DNA of 64,000 nucleotides from Amoebidium appalachense (Eukaryota > Protista > Ichthyosporea). The notes beneath the pieces are model-generated. The model saw only the letters and a list, made by a program, of their open reading frames with translations, was not told the origin of the DNA and did not search any database. Shown here piece after piece: positions 62,493-64,000 of the stretch. Where the stretch lies: positions 3,596,001 through 3,660,000 of the forward strand of contig CAVNZM010000014.1 in assembly GCA_963693365.1 (NCBI GenBank), given 5' to 3'. Positions within the stretch are counted from its first letter, which is position 1. Each line of letters opens with the position of its first letter. A program made the translations under genes and the position numbers.

Positions 62493-63312
62493 CCCCCCCC
62501 CACCCCCTCCACACACACACACACACACACAACTCCCCCCCCCCCCACCCTCCACACACACACACTTACCTGTCTACATCTCGCACACAGCACCAACCCT
62601 TGCGCCTGCATCTTCCCCTCCCCATCCCTCCCCTCCTCCTCCGTCCCCTCCCTCCCCACTCCCGCTTCCTCCTCCCGTTGCCCCCATGCCGCCACCGCCG
62701 CCCAAAACATTTTCGTTTTGCGCCGGCAACATAAGGCTCTCCAACTTCACGTGTAGTGCCTGCAACTGTTGAATCTGCTGCTGCCTCTGTTGCAAATGTT
62801 GGTTCAAAAGTCTGTGTTCCTGTTGCAACCTCAATACTTCCGCTTCCACGTCCCCCTCTCCCCCATCTCCCACCTCTCCACTCTCAACCCCCTCCCCCCC
62901 TTCCCTCCCCTCCCCTCCCTCCCCTCTCTTGCCGTCCCCCCTCTTGCCTTCCCCTTCCATCCCTTCCCCCTGTGTTCCCTTACGAATATTCCCTCCCTCG
63001 CTGGCCAAATTTCCGGCGAAATTTCCATTTCCACCCCCGCCGCTATCGACCCCCCTCCCTCCTTCGGGTAAAAGTCCCCCCGGGGTCAACGCAAATCCGT
63101 CCGAATTCACCATTTTTTCCATCGCCGCGAGGTGTTCAGAAAAAACGGCTGCGACGGCGGGTAGGCCTGCCGCCAAATCGGCAATCGGGTCCGATCCAGT
63201 GGGGGTGACGTCATCGTCGATTGTGATTGGACGATCGCACACCCGGCAGTATGCCACTATGGGCGAGCCGGTGCGTGGTGATTGGCTCCCACCGGCACCG
63301 GAATCAATAGCC
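52950..63312 (-). CDS. FAM193: FAM193 family protein; 5' end not resolved, several single-base homopolymer frameshifts in the sequence as given
   Basis: Exons 63312-62570, 60653-60049, 59293-59161, 58474-57575, 56394-52950. Family-like motifs, compared from memory: PCKCDECR..LWWMVRRYVRAIYR, VMELLREDPERLVHFL, MRKKLQQRL, VDDLLQYIEG..SKRAKRLRKKQEK, C-terminal SLDDIFTP..DREVEEFKRFC..RKKIAVN. Confidence 0.88.
61534..61968 (-). mobile_element. Family A poly-C-associated retroposon with a short internal deletion and an internal ~51-bp tandem duplication
   Basis: Near-identical to 1810-2207; lacks most of tgagaagcatggtgcagg; tgcttacagacgcacgacacagagcaaccatgcccggttgcatggaagt occurs twice. Confidence 0.85.
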
Positions 63313-63368
63313 CTGTGAGAAAAAAATGGGTTGGCTTTTCTTCCTTTTCCTTTTTTCATTCACTCTTT

Positions 63369-63441
<73 letters not shown>

Positions 63442-63446
63442 TGCGG

Positions 63447-63478
<32 letters not shown>

Positions 63479-63480
<2 letters not shown>

Positions 63481-63658
63481 TGAATGCGGAACACGGTACG
63501 AAGTACGCATACACGACGAGAAGCATGGTGCAGGACACATGCAAAGGCAAACATTCAAGTATGCAACATCAGCCATGTGCACAGTACGCGTCATAAGCAG
63601 AGCCCATCCTCAGGGAGGACCCAAGTCATCAATTGCGTCTGAGTTTCGACCCCTTAGC
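63479..63658 (-). mobile_element. Family A poly-C-associated retroposon, most truncated young copy
   Basis: Matches ~1810-1988 and sits between two G runs. Confidence 0.85.
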
Positions 63659-63755
63659 GGGGGGGGGGGGGGGAAGAGGAGGGGGGAAGGTCGGTTGACT
63701 TTGTGTGCCTGCTTGTGTGTATGTGTGTGTGTGCATGCGTACACGTGCGTGTGTA

Positions 63756-63792
<37 letters not shown>

Positions 63793-64000
63793 ATGTGGTC
63801 GTGTGTACATGTGAGTTTGGGGGGGGGGAGGGGGGGGGAGGGGGGATGCTAGAGGAATCTTGGCTCCGAAATTCCTTCACGAAGAAGAGGTAAATGGGAA
63901 AGCTATCCACATAAGTTAAACCTCCACTACGCTTACGCATTCCATTGACGCCTACCAATCACTCATACCACTTCTGGAGGACCAATAACACATCTCATTC

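Noticed and set aside
62570-62580. TAG just before the FAM193 donor as evidence of stop-codon reassignment
   Set aside because: A one-base homopolymer indel upstream explains it and restores a CxxC motif and the right phase. TAG also ends this gene normally.

Overview
Eukaryotic, intron-rich DNA in which introns are filled with (C)n/(G)n homopolymers and (CA)n/(GT)n/(CT)n microsatellites, so most ORFs in the supplied track are repeat artefacts. Genes rebuilt by hand from splice sites and exon phases: the 5' part of an ORP5/8-like PH-domain gene (-), two weakly supported orphan genes, a 22-exon ~1023-aa receptor adenylyl cyclase (+), Rab6 (+, 6 exons) and a FAM193 homolog (-, with homopolymer frameshifts). 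The cyclase has an unusual C2-TM-dCache-TM-HAMP-class III cyclase architecture and lacks the catalytic Asn. A Penelope-like (Naiad/Chlamys-type) reverse transcriptase begins at a poly-C tract inside an intron and runs off the left end. About 17 copies of a short non-coding repeat family share a fixed 3' end against poly-C, vary in 5' truncation, carry a conserved stem-loop, and all lie in the same orientation as their host gene. The gene content suggests a unicellular holozoan such as an ichthyosporean (inference). All calls come from manual reading; no searches were run.
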